Part shown: piece by piece, positions 14,501 to 29,500 of the stretch
Layout of the letters: the number at the start of each line of letters is the position of its first letter
Numbering within the stretch: the stretch's first letter is position 1
Assembly (NCBI GenBank): GCA_037379345.1
Contig: CM074517.1
Span: forward strand, 18,786,001-18,850,000
Direction: 5' to 3'
Source: Perna viridis
Taxonomy: Eukaryota
DNA: 64,000 bases
Made by a program: the position numbers and the translations under genes
The notes under the pieces: generated by a model
The model's database searches: none
Told to the model about the DNA's origin: nothing
The model's input: the letters and a program-made list of their open reading frames with translations, nothing else

Positions 14501-17500
14501 AAGTATGGTTGGACAAATGTGTACCTGACCAGATTCATGTGACATTTGATTTAAACACATAAATGAATTTAAGCCCAAATATCAACAGTCCAAACAAACA
14601 TACAAGTACAGTGAAGTGTTTCTTTGCGATTCAGCACTTTTAAACTTGACTCTCTTAATATTTTTGACTTAAAAAATGATTTTCAAACACAACAAATATA
14701 AATATAGCTTTTTTACAATAGTTATGGGATGTCCATTTCAAACAAGTCAAACATGAACCATATAAGTACAAAACAAAACATCAACATTAAACCACGATTC
14801 CACCAATTCTTTGATACCTATAAATAGGTAAAACCAGATTGTCTTTGCCAATACTTTAAGTATTAAAAGTACAAACTCAGTGCAAACAGGAAACCAGAAG
14901 TAGTGAAATATTTTAATAAGTCTTTCGTTGCCAAGTCAAAATGACAGTGGTTCTCATGTTTGCTTGCTACAGATTAAACTCCAAAAATAAAAATAGGACA
15001 TTAATGAAACATGAAGTGACAGCCCATCATGTATAATGTTGAAAAAAGGTGGATGGCAAAATTTTCAAAATGGCTTAACTCGAAAACTACATTTTAGACT
15101 TTTGCTGATGGGCATTCAACTTTTCGGAGGTATAACATAATATCTTGCCAATTTATGTAGTGGGGTATAAAAACCCACCAAAACATCCAAAAAAACAGAT
15201 TGTTGAGATAATTGTTCATTCAGTCTTCAGTACATTAGATGTATATAAAGTTCTTTCCAATCATCCTTATGCTGATGTTACAGTAAAAATGCTTAAAAAA
15301 TGAATATGCTTTATCAGCATCTTCATAGATACTGTCTGATGTTTTCTATTTCAGTAAACTCTCCCAATGCTGAAAAAAATATTGACAATTTCCCATGGGG
15401 TTACAAAAAATGGACTCTGATGTTGCAGATAAACAAGGTTAGGCCAGTTTTGAACATCTTGACATAAAATGACATCTGTCTGGACATCAAAACTCATTAT
15501 TCTGCATACAGTAAAACCTGTCTTAAATAACTTTTCAGTGGAGATTAGTCGTGGTCACATATGACAGGTGGTCTTTATAAAAAGGTTAATTTTACATAGA
15601 ATGCACTGCATAAGGATACTTTATTAACTGTCTTTTAAGACAAGTCATTGAAGCTAAAGAGGGGGGTCTCTAAGACAGATTTGACTGTACATCTATCCCT
15701 ATTCTTTTGTGATGGTTATCAAAGTGCTGAGTGGATGCAATTAAAAATGATATCCATTTGTCAAATATATTCAGACAATAAGTCAAGATAAAAATGAGAT
15801 GACAGAATAAAAACAAATCAGAAAACAAATGTCAAAAGAGAATCTTTAGTTTACACAGTACATGTATATGTATTTCAGCATACAGGGATGTGTGAAATAT
15901 TTGTTTTGACTGCTTAACTTAACATGAGTAGAAATAATTGCATAACAGTTTAATAGGAACAAAATACATATCTTTACAGTAATTGTGGAAAGCCTTTAGT
16001 TTTTCAGTGGCTATGTCCCCAATTAGTAAGCATATGAGTAAGATCATGGTCCAGTATGATTGATATAAAATAAAATTACCAATGCTCATCTCCAAAGCCC
16101 TAAAACAAACGTAATGAAGGAAATCCTCAATAACCAAGCAAACTTTCCAAAAGAGGAAAAAATAACCAAATCAGGAATACTTTAGTATTTTATCAGCAAA
16201 ATGCACTTAAAAAAATAAGGTTCAAAGGTATGGTTTTTAAGGATATAAACATGTCTGAAGTCATGCCTTATCTTTACGAAAATCATACTAACATACATTC
16301 CAAAAGTCTCTAATTTTACCTTCTTTAGACTATAAATCCCATCAGTTTCTATAATCCTTTTCTAAGCAGTTGACAAGTGTGTACCATGCAATAACTGTTG
16401 TAAAATTCTCAAAATGTTTGTAAATAATTATTGTACAAGGCCCATAATTAACTGGGCATTTTAACCATCGTATAATAAACCTATTGGTTGTGAACAAACA
16501 CGCTCCTGTTAAGATTCCACCCAACTACAACACTGTTTATTGTCAATGAATTAGTACACTACTGAAATATTTGACTTTTCTTTTGTAGAGAGGGGTAAGT
16601 GAACAATTCTAAAGTCTATATTATTGACTGAGGACCGGTATATACCTAATGGACTTAATGTCAATATTGGTTAATCTTTTTCCCAAACCATTTACACACA
16701 ACTTTCTTACAAGTTCAATGTTATTTACAACCGATCAACCAATCACCCTTGAAAATATTCATTCAACCAAAACAACCAATTCCATAGCTCTAATACTTCA
16801 TAATGACATGTCAGTATAATTTTTTTATTACACTGTGACAAAAGCGATGCTTTCTATGAATAAATATATGCAGTACATTGTGTAAAGTAATACGTCAATA
16901 GTCAATGCAAGCTTAATGTTAAAATATACATTTAAAATTCATTTAAAACATGCCTTTCTGCTAACCAAATTAATTCCATTTTTATACAGGATAACCTTGC
17001 CATATATTAACATGCATCACTGAAGTCTAAAGGTTTCCATTAACATGAGATATAAAGGACAGATTCCCTGACAAAAAAATAACATGCCCCAGCATTCTTA
17101 GCTGATCTGAGGTATATTTTACATTTTGCCAAACTTTGAATAACAAATAGATGTTCTCCATCATAAAAACCCATTAAACCTCAAGTATCTGTGTACACAT
17201 AGAATATCTTAAGCTGAATCATTACTACTAAAGGTTGTAATTCAAAGTTGACCTCGAGAAAATCAAAGTTGGAAGAAATTTAATCTACATTAAGCCGAAG
17301 GTTGCATGAGTAACCTTAGAAAATAATTTTGTAGGTGTAGTTTTTGATTGATAAGACCCAGTTAACACAGTGTTCAATATTTATATATTTAAATTTGTAG
17401 AAATCTTGAAAATTAAACATGATTTTCCAGAGAAATCACGCTATAGAACAATTAGTACAGTGTGGTACCACTGAGGACATGAGAGGAAAGATTTTATCAC

Positions 17501-20500
17501 ATAATATCATCTATTTAAGGTAAAGTTTTTGAACAACCGTGATTTGGTATAAATTAAGAATGAAGAAAACAAAAATACAGTGTTTTACTCTAAACAGTGT
17601 TGACAAATCAATTATCCTCCTTTAAAAAAAAAAATTTCATGTCATTAAAAATAGTTTATTCTTTACTTTGAACTTTAATTAACTATTCACATTTTAATTC
17701 AAGCCCAAATATATAACACTGGTAGCTTCTATCACTTTAGAGACTTCTTGGGGATGCAGCATCAACAATGTCCTATCTAAGTAGGTAATTCCAAAGTTAT
17801 TGTTTAAATCTTTTAGACAGGTGCAGAGCAGATGTTCTCAGAAATCCCTTATATTCCCATTAGTTGAGACATTACCTACAAGAACATGGTGGTACACCAT
17901 AAAAAGGTTACTTTTTGAGTACAAGAAGCCCAACCCCTCTTAGGCAAAGCCTAAAATTATATTTTATCAAAGAACATTAGTGAGCAAGGTTACAATACCA
18001 AACATAAATACATTTGCACTCAATGGAATAATTTCAGTCCCTATACCCAAACAAAAAGTGGTCAGCCCCATGACTGATTTCTGTTAACATCAATACCATC
18101 CAAGCTTTTTATAGCTAACCAACAATTTACCAAAGTTTGAATGAAATCAGTATAAAATAGAGCCACCCTCCAGGCAACAAGCCTAAATCATTAATCTTTT
18201 ATTAAGTCCCCTCCCAAAAAAGTGGTCCTCTTTAACAAATTACTTTTTGAGTACAAGAAGCCCAACCCCTCTTAGGCAAAGCCTAAAATTATATTTTATC
18301 AAAGAACATTAGTGAGCAAGGTTACAATACCAAACATAAATACATTTGCACTCAATGGAATAATTTCAGTCCCTATACCCAAACAAAAAGTGGTCAGCCC
18401 CATGACTGATTTCTGTTAACATCAATACTATCCAAGCTTTTTATAGCTAACCAACAATTTACCAAAGTTTGAATGAAATCAGTATAACATAGAGCCACCC
18501 TCCAGGCAACAAGCCTAAATCATTAATCTTTTATTAAGTCCCCTCCCAAAAGAGTGGTCCTCTTTAACAAATTTCTGTGAAAACCAATTCCATCCAAGTT
18601 TTAAAAGATACCATTCATTCATCAAATTTTGAATGAAACCATCAAAAAAAAAAATAAAATAAAATAAAATTGAGCCTCTATTCAGAGCCTAAATCTTTTT
18701 TTTTTTTTTTACTGAGTCTCCCTCCCAAAAAAGTTTTCTGTAAAAAAATCCCATTCAAGACTTTATTGCTAGTATCCTAAGTTTGAATGAAATCAGTTAA
18801 GAACTGAGGCATTATCCAGGCAACAATAACTTATGGCAAACAGATGGGTCAAAAACATTATACTTCTGTAACTTTGCTCCACTTCAAACCACTGTCACAT
18901 GTTTTACTTCATCACATATTGTAACCTACCCAAACGAGACCAACTACACTTTGTACTGTTCTTGTTTATTTGTCAATTCTTTTTTAATTAAGACATTTTT
19001 ATCAGGTGCTCATTACATGTATTCATATATATGTAAATGTAATGATAAGTAAATAAAATACAATGGCCATCACCTCCTGTATCAAAAGGTTAGTGTCAAA
19101 ATTTATACTACCGGTATATAACATGTTTATTACCTGGGTGTAATCATTTTCTTTACTATAATAAATAAATAGGCGTAGTCCAGAATATGCTTTACTGTCT
19201 AGCTTCAATAATAATAACCCTATTTTTATGAGTAAACGGTTTTCCGTTATGGAAATAGACTGTATGTAGGTCCTGTTCTATTAATGGTAGTGTAAAGGAT
19301 TGAAATTAAATATCTTGAATCCCCTATATGAAAAAAAAACCTGAAATGTGAAACTTAGTGAAGACCTCCCTCACAGTAAAATCCAAATAAATCATGTAAA
19401 ATTTAAAATATGTATAGCTAAAATTGGCATGTCTTTGAGACAACTTAAAATTTTTACACTACCTCACATGGTATGATACTTCCATGTTGTATCAAGGTCA
19501 AGGCTGTCATTGTTAGCTGACTGATTTTCAAGAACAGCGTAATAATATGTCGCTAAGCAAGGCTACCTATGTATTTTAGAAAATCAACCAGAAACAGATT
19601 CAAATGAATTGTCTTTGTCTCCGCTGTTACGTAATTAAGTCATAACCAATTCAATTTACAATCAAACTAATTCATTCAATAATAACAGGAACAATAAACT
19701 GCCACTTAATTAATCTATGTAACAATGCTACAGCTGATAAACAAAGGCAGCTACAACAGAATCACAAACCATCCCGCAGTAGGCCATCCTCGTTTTTTTT
19801 TACTGTGATCATCTTGTTTCATTTAAAAAAAATGTGATTATATAGTTACGTAACTTGCAGTTGGAACTAAATGTAAAGGAAATGTAACAAAGGAGTATTG
19901 TGGAATATCAAAAAGTGTTAATATCATTTCCATGTATTCAAATGACAAACATTTGGGACCAAAATACATATACTTTAATACAACTGGTTTTTTTTTTCTC
20001 TCCCTCTTGCTTTTAGACACATTCATCTGATGTGAATAGTTCAAAAGCATTATCTATATTGATATTAGCCATCAGATAATGGTTCTTAACCATAGAAGTT
20101 AACTGTCCTGACAACCAAAGCACAATGCTTCATGATTTTTAACAGTATAAAATTATATCCTGTCTCACAATCATTTCAAACATCTAAAGAATGCACAATA
20201 AATACTTGAAAAACTTTTTTTTCTCATAAGTCCAGCAATTCATTAATATGACTGTATACTTCATTCAATGTAAAATTAGCTATTTTTTTCTTTATAAAAA
20301 ACATTAAAAAAGTCTTTAATTTAAATCAATATTGGTTAAGAATTCAATAGTGGAGGCTTTTAGTGCATTTGTTCTTCAGAAAATTGCAATGCAGTACATG
20401 TATCAACCTTTTCAGTACATAGTAGTTAGTCTACACAATGAGAACAAGACACACATATCTGTCATTAAAAATTGACATGGCTTATTTCCATTTTCAAAGC

Positions 20501-23500
20501 TTCGAAAGAGAAATTCTGCTTAAAACTGTATAAAAAACCTGCATATTGTCATTCATTTAAATTGCAAATTTGTAATACATGGTGTGACTATAAAATACCT
20601 TAACTGACTAGCACTACAATTAATATTTACAAGAAATAAGGTGTTCTTACCAAAATCTTATACATGTAAATAATGCTACTTAAACATGAAATCACCACAA
20701 AAAATGAAAAGATTACATGAAAACAACGCTTAAAGCCCTTTCAAGCAACATCATGACAATATGTTTTATGTTGTTGGAAAACTAAATTATAAATGATGTG
20801 ACCACAAAAAGCTTCACTGCAAACTTGTCTAAGACAGTAAAGACAAGTGTACAGACAGACAGACTGAAAATCTTTATCCTATGATTTTTTGGCATCATCC
20901 ATGTCATAAAATATTAAGTTAGAAGAAATGAAAGAAGGTATTTCTTTCAAAACAGTACTAGTAAATCAAACAGTAATCCCAGCACACAGTGCATGTAAAC
21001 TGCAGATAATTTAATGTCTTTATACAAAATCCCTATCTAGGTTCAAATAATGTCTCAAACTTTCAGGACAATTTAACACCTTGCACTTGAAGTATTGACA
21101 GATAGTGAAAAAACAACTTTTCAAAAAGATTTACAATGAGCAAAGTTCAAAGTGATATTCTACTAAGGAACTACTTTTTTGATTGGAAGGATATAATAAA
21201 TGTAAGGGGCTATGCCCATTAATTTGATCAGATACCACAAAGATCAATATCAGACCAGATAAGTAATGACAGATGCATCATAAAAATTACTGCATAATCT
21301 AGGCCTTTCAGTAAGTGGCAGCACAAAGAACTCATAACCTATCAAAGTTCTACTTGATACCTCCTGAATCATAGAATGGTCTAGAAAATTACCTCATACA
21401 TAAAGGAAAGTACCTGTTGTCTCAGAAAATAGGAAAGTACCTGATGTCACAGAATATAGTGAAGTATTGATACCTGTTGTCTCAGAAAATAAGAAATCTG
21501 TGAGTGATAGCCTCGTTTTTAATCACAATATAAAGAGAATAATCATTGTCCTCAGTAAACAGGAAGTTGTTGAATTTTTACACACAAAAAAATCCAAAAC
21601 ATGGCATACCTGCAGGAAGAGTGTGTTAAATTTCAAACTGCTGTGATGAATAGTTGCTGAGAATTCTGTGATGGAAACAAGTGTTAAAGAAAAACAGACA
21701 AGGGTCAAGAGTGGGAGTAAAATAAGAAAGAGTTTTTTTTCTAAAAAAATAACCAATTACCTGTTGTCTAAAAAATTGGCAAGTACATATTGTGTCAGAA
21801 GATAAAAAGTACTCGTCTCAAAACAATAGGCAAGTACCTGTTGTGTCAGAAGATAGAAATTACTTGTTGTCTCAAAAAATTAGGCAAGTTCATATTTGTC
21901 AGAAGTTAAAATGTACATGTTGTCTAAAAAAACAGGCAAGTACATATTGTGCCAGAAGACAGAAAGTACTTGTCTAAAAAAATAGACAATTACATATTTT
22001 GTCAGAAGATAGAAAGTACTTGTTGTCTCAAAAAAATACAGAATTCAAATTACTATATCAGTTTCAATGTGAACTTTCTGACACTAAGTTCTGAACAGGT
22101 ATTTGACCTATGAATAAAGCACATAGGGAGAAACAATTGGCCGCCAAGGATCTGTTGCCTATTACAGAATTATTTCAAATTTAAACTGGTGAAAAGAATG
22201 TAATACAGATCCAAATTGTATTCTATCATTAAACTTTACTTAGCTGTTGTTGGCATAAAGCCTGCTTACCAATATCAAATTGTTAGAACTATTTTTCAGT
22301 TACATTGAAAAGAAATGACAAATTAATCATTATCTTTTTAAACTGACAGTACAAATATTCAGCTATCAAATTCTAAAACTTTCTATGATATCTGTAAACT
22401 TCTCAGAATTCATTACTATAAAATCAGGTTTTAATTTAAGGGCTCTAATTAAGTTTCCATGATCTGTCACATCACGTTTTAAGTCATTGAGATCTTTATT
22501 TCAAAATTTTACATCATTAACTCCACCAATTTTCCCAAGAAAAAATAACAATCCTGCTAAAAGTACCGTAATGATTTTTTTCCTAAAAATAATTTTTCCT
22601 CAAAAGAGATCATCAATGAGACATATAGGAAATATGTAATTAGTCACTATAATGTCTTATAATGAACGTGTTGCTGTACTCCTCTGTGTAGAAACACAGT
22701 GGACAAAACAAAAGCTAGGACTTTATAGCTTGAGTATATGTCTGATGCAGGGGTTCAAATTAACAGTGGTCTGAATTCTGGGACTCTCAACTTTATAATG
22801 TTTTTTTACCTAGGTCTTGGGCCATTATTATCTCATACACTGACACTTAATTAAAGACTTCTCATTTTCCTAAAGAGGACCTTTGATTGAAAATTTGAAG
22901 AAGTCCTGGACCTATCACTCTTGAAAGCAAATTTGTACCCCTGCTTCTGGATTTTAAAATGTGTTTGGTGTAAGATTAGGTGCTTTGGTTTACTAAGCTT
23001 CAAATACAATGGGACATTAAAATGTCTTGTTTAGATTATTCAGGGTTCAGTTTAGACAGGTTTCTTGTTTATACAAGATTCAGTTCAGACCAGTTTCTGG
23101 TTTATTCAGGGTTCAGTTTAGACAGGTTTCTGGTTTATTCGGGGTTCAGTTCAGACTGGTTTCTGATTTATTCGGGGTTCAGTTCAGACCAGTTTCTGGT
23201 TTATTCAGGGTTCAATTTAGACAGATTTTGGGTTTATTCAGGGTTCAGTTTAGACAGTTTCTGGTTTATTCAGGGTTCAGTTTAGACAGGTTTCTGGTTT
23301 ATTAAAGGTTCAGTTTAGACAGGTTTCTGGTTTATTCTGGGTTCAGTTCAGACCAGTTTCTGGTTAATTTGGGGTTCAGTTCAGACCAGTTTCTGGTTTA
23401 TTTGGGGTTCAGTTCAGACTGGTTTCTGCTTTAATCGGGGTTCAGTTTAGACAGGTTTCTGGTTCATTCGGGATTCAGTTTAGACAGGTTTCACAACAGA

Positions 23501-26500
23501 CCTGAGACAAAAGACTACCTAAGGAACTTTAATTTGATTATGACAGAACATCCAACTATATGTCTGATTGAGACTTGCAAATAACAATGATTCCTTAAAC
23601 AAATCAAGACTAAGTTTGTAACTATGATAAGCCATACATATTCTGGGTTGATTTTTACAGACTTCAAAGCAGTTATTTACTTTGAAACATATAGTCATTA
23701 GTTTATTCCTTATTTCTGCAAAATGTTGAAAATCTTCAGAGAACACAACAGCAAGATAAAACATACCCAAATCATTATTAGGCCAAATTAAAAATGATGT
23801 GTGTTTCCTATTACCCAACCCACTCTGTTTTTCAGTTTTTTTGTAATTTTAATAAGCACTGTTAAAGTCATTATATTTCTCCCATGTACTCAATATAAAA
23901 AAGAGTAAAAAAAAACCAAACAAACAAACAAACAAAAAACAATCTTTCTACCCCATTTTTATCAAAGGTGAAATAGGAAAAACACATCTTTTTTTGGCCT
24001 TTTACAATTTATTCCACACTCATCAAAATAAAAAGTAATACTTACATTCAATACAGTGACATTTTAAATATCTAATATACTCCCCACAATACATTCATTA
24101 TAATTGAATTGTATTGTACCATGCAAAAACTAATTTCTAATCATAAATTACACCTCTCAAGATCAGAACTAACAAAACACTGAGAAACTTTAGACAGTTT
24201 GAGCCTCAAATATTCAATATCTTTTTTAAATTTACTGCTTATTAATGCTAAATGTTGTAGAAATTATCATGACCTTATGATCTTTCCAATTGTAATAGGA
24301 CAACCTATACTGTTTACTGATGACAACTCACAATGAACTAGAAAGTGATACTCAAGATGGCTTTATATGAAAGATATGTACTAGATTATATGAGACAAAT
24401 TCAGGAGTTCTATACTAGTTCTGTGTAGAATGTACGAGTACTTAATAAGACACCTGCGTCTGTTCGAATTAATAGAATGCTATTGAATTCTCAATTGAAA
24501 TCATTGACAATATTTTTGCTCAAGTACACATGAATGCAACACAAATAAACAATTTTAAATGTACCAAAATTAAATATTTTTGTATGTTGATAACCTCAGG
24601 AGACACATATCCAATACTCATATTTATTACCCTTAAAGAAAGAGCCATGAAGTTGAGAATTCCAATTCTTCTTGTCAACAAAAAAAGGGTGAATTTTGTA
24701 TTCCTATCAGAAGACAGGGCTCACTAGACAGGGCTCACTAAGAGACAACCATCATATTTTTGGTCTAGAAATATTTTTCTCTTTCTCTTTTTGAATAACA
24801 TAAAAAAATTGTATTGCAAACCTTTCAATCTAAGAGATGTTTGCCCTACACAGAAATCTTGCAAAGAATAATTGTTCTAAGACTTCCAATACAAAACCTG
24901 CATCAAAAAGCAGGGGGATCCAGAACTTTGGAAGGAAGAGGTTGATCTAGGCTATTATTTACACATTTTTGCCCAAATTTTGCACTAAATTACCAAATTT
25001 GTCAACAAAAGGTAGTTCTGAACCCAGGACCCCCTCTCAAACACCGGAAACTCAACAAACTATCTAAACCAATGAAATAAATGGCAGATAATGTTATAAA
25101 TGTCACCAATAAAATGATCCCACCTTAACTCTTTTCCCTTAGATTTGCCATAACATGCTAATAAAGTCTGAGAACCAGACCACAATGTTGTTTACACATA
25201 TCTCTCTATCAAAGATACTGGCTGGTCAGCCACCTTTTAAGACTATTCTTTGTTTGTCAAGATATAAACAACAAACATGAAAACTCAGTAATAACTTGCG
25301 AGAAATTACATTTTGGTGTTTGTTCAAAGATCTTGACCACATGAACATCCATTTTTGCCACTTGAAAGCTCTTTAATCAATTAAGCACAAAATTGATACT
25401 TCAATGACTTATTCAACAGCTTTGTAATAAGATTGAAATGAAAATAAAAGGACCATGCACAAAATCCCCAGTGTATCAGAATTGGTTTAACAAGGATTAA
25501 ACCTTTGATGTTGTTCTAGCTATAAAAATATACAATGAGTTAAACTGCATGAGGTTTCAATTATAAATAATATTCTGAACACAGTGGCTGGTTCTAAAAA
25601 AATTTAATCAAAATTAAATGGCAACTTCCCAAATAACTGAGAATGTTCCCCTTTTTTAGGAACCCCAAAAATAAGTACTAAATTGTATTTGCTACAGAGC
25701 ATATATTATAAAAAAGGACACCTTCAAGAAAAATAATTTAAACAGTGCAAGGACAATAAAAAAAAAATAAAAGGCTAGTCATGGTAACAGACAAGATGAA
25801 ATATTCTAAACAAATCAATATCAAGCTCCATAAAGGCATATACAAAAATGTATCGAGCATTTAAAACTAAATTGAATAAATTGGATATACAAATTAATTT
25901 TGAAAAAGGCTGGAATAATGGCACTCAGAAATTCAATATAACAAATCTAATCAATACTACCGCCTACCTTAATACAAAAACAAATCTCAAACTTTGTAAG
26001 GATATATCCAAAAAAACACTGTTCAATTAATTCATATAGCAAACAATTATATATCGAAAATCATAAATCCAAAGAATTTCTAAACAAAAATGGTTCCGTA
26101 AGCAGAAAATATCACTTCATTATAATATAAACATAAATGCGAAATGAATTTTATAAATAATAATTTTAAACAGGTAAACGTATATATTGGCAGTCAGGTG
26201 AATAAAAGTCTTGGCATTTGATCATAAATGTACAGTACTGTATTAACAATCTGATATTGAACCACCATACAAAAGAAGCCCATATAAACTTATCTGTCCC
26301 ATGAATGTATTTAAATCATAAACTTTAAAGGTGTTGAACTTTATAACAGTACTTGCTAAATTGTACCATATGTATATATGTAAAGAATTTAATGGTCTGT
26401 ACCCATTTGGAAATTAAAATCCTCTGAAATCATTGCACACCCATATTGTAGGGTTGAGGGTTTTCAACATTTTACAGAATAATATGGTCTATTATAACAA

Positions 26501-29500
26501 TAAATAAATCCCTAAATCTTTGCAAGGGTTCAAATGATGATGGCCCCACAAATAAAAAAAAGAGAAAGGTCCTCGGTAAGAGTAAATGTCAAGTACGGTA
26601 GGACCAGGACCAAGGTAACTAAAATTTCAATGGTCCTCCATCAGAAATGGTACCAGACTTCAAACCAGTATTAATTTGATCCCCTGCTTTGCACACCAAT
26701 CGTGAGTATTTTAGATTTTCAACTGTATAAGGGAAGTTACATTGAAATCTTTGTATAATCTTTACATACTTCAACCAAAATAGTCTAGTAGCAAGAGTAA
26801 ATTACCTAACTAATCATACTCATCTCTATATACCAAATCCTGCTCATGGATCAAGATAATTGAAATTAAAGAACCTTACGTATCATGGTGAATTCAACTA
26901 CTAAAAATCATGTCAATATCTGCAAGCCTTATGAAAAAAGTCCAGAAAACTGTTATTTCTGTGAAATTTGTTAAGTTCAAGGCCCCATACTTTTGGTAAA
27001 AATCATTGGAGCAGAACAAAACATAAACTTGACCTGTACTTATCATGGTGAACTTATATATCAAAAATCATGTCAATATCTTCAAGTGTATAGAAAAAAG
27101 TCCAGAAACCTGTTATTTCTGTGAATTTTGTTAAGTTCAAGGCCCATAATTTTGGTAAAAATCATCAGAGTGGAACGAAAGTTAAACTAGATCTGTAACT
27201 TATCATGGTGAACTTATATACCAAAAAATCACGTCAATATCTGCAAGTGTTTAGAAAGTGTGGAAAACTGAAGATGGACTGACAGACGGGTCAAAAACAT
27301 TATGCCCTTTGAAACTTTGTTGCATGGGGTATAAAAAAGGTCAATACTGCGGTATATAGCAAATAGAGATAGAGTCCAGTTTTCTCATTGAAGAGTTTAA
27401 TTTTTGGATTGAAAGAACTTCACTGTAATATCCCTGTGCTCTTCCTTTTTTAAAAGATATTTTTTATCTGTTTATTTATTCACCTTCATGAAAACATTGA
27501 CTTTTGAAAATATCAACAGCCATTGTCCCTTTCAATGATGAGGCATACTTGGTTGCTCAAAGTCAGAAAATAAATGTTCAATGAAGAAGTTTGAATACAC
27601 TGAATATGTATCATTGCCTTTTAAATGTGAAAATTTTGTGAGATGACTTCTAATAAAGTTGCAAATGTAGTATTACCATTCATGAATTTGAATTTCTTCT
27701 AAACCATCTATTTAGACTTACACATTGAACTGAACAAGTAAAGCTGATATTTATAAACTGTCATGCATTGGATGAATAAACACATTTAACCAAATCACTG
27801 TTTGCAAATACCATGAAACATCAGATACAAATTGAATTGAAGACTTTGGATCTGCTCTACAGGCGTCAGTTTCACAAAAAGTCGTAAGTATGAAATTGAT
27901 CGTAAATCATGACGTCACAATGCTATTTTAGTTTATGATGTCATTACTTACGATCAACTTTACACTTACGACTTTTTGTGAAATCGATACCTGATGTCTA
28001 CTAAGCCTTCTTGATCAACACTGTACTTAGCAAATGAAGTTTGTGGGATAAGCAGCCAAAGGTCTATAGAGTGCCTGTATGAACTTTTCTGCTTGTCGGG
28101 ATGAGTATTGAAGCTTGGGACATCAAACCATTGATATATTCTTAATTTATAGTCTTTGCTGTGTTTGTTTGTTTTCCATGTCTGGTCTTTGTCTCTGTAT
28201 TACATTTTCTTGATTTCCACTAGAATCTTGGTTCCCTTGAATACTCTTTGACATAATATGTATAAAGCTATTCTCAGAAGATATAGGCCAATCATTCATT
28301 CATAATTAAGAAGACAAGCATCAATAACCAAGAACTTCATATATGTCTTCTGTACATGTTACACTAGTACATGAAGTTAATAAGGCAAGATGTAAAAATA
28401 TTTCTGTTTACCATAGCCCATGTGCTCACAAAAAAAAAATTGAGTCGGTAGGTAAGTAAATAATCTTAATTTTAATGTACAAATTATTATCATCAAGAAT
28501 AAGATTAAGAATTTAAGAATGCACCAGAAATGATATGTTCTAAAACATAATTAGTTCAGTATGAGACCAGACATATTCCAAGTGCTTTCTAAAGGTCTGT
28601 TAAACATATATTTAGGCCAAAAAAAAAAAAAATGTCTGTTTCGGGTTTCCCAACCGACCCTAATTTTTTCTCCTGACCCTAATACATTTTTTTGTCCAAA
28701 ATTGACAAAATTGGGAATTTCTGCTGATTTCCAGTATAATACTGATCACTTCTGATAAAACCAAAAGTACGTTAAAAACCAGGTCACAATAGCGTTTGAA
28801 TAGGAGACTTATTTATATCACATAAATAAAGTGTACTTATATTTTGTTCAAAATTCCTACAAAAAATAAGTGTATTGTAATAAAAGTCATGATTAATAGG
28901 TGTGTATGTAAAAAATTAAACTTTCTACTTAAAACCATACACTTTCATGACTTAAACATGATGCTATTTAACAAATATAGGCTCAACTTTAATCGAGAAA
29001 AAATAAAATGAAAAAAAAAAAAAAAAATGAAAATGCCTACCTACCCACCCTATTTTTGGGAGGAATGTAACCCTAAACAGACATAATTTTTTTTGGCCTT
29101 ATTATTCAGCATATCATTCGCTTATAATGCAAGCTTGTATTATTAAACTGTGCTAAATTTAAATCATGCAACAATATGAAAGTTTTGCACTGTGAAAGTA
29201 TTACAACACTGCCCTCCTTACATTTGGAATACTTCTGTATACTGGGGGGTAATTTATCTCATGGCCAATTTCACTTTATCTCTATTTTGAATAAAATTCT
29301 TTAAAGCAAGGGAGAAGAAAAAATAAACGCAGATCCTTTAAAATAGCAAGGTCAATCCAAGAGTCTTGAGTTGCCTTCACACCTACACTATCACACACCA
29401 GAGGATATAATTTATCGCTAGATTTTAATTTCAAATCCATTTACAAAACAGCATTTAAAACCTTAATTAGTGACACATGCATTCTAATTTCAGATTTCCA

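Noticed and set aside
22980-23305. Repetitive ORFs (YSGFSLDRFLV)n
   Set aside because: Translation of the 33-bp minisatellite; no splice or start context.
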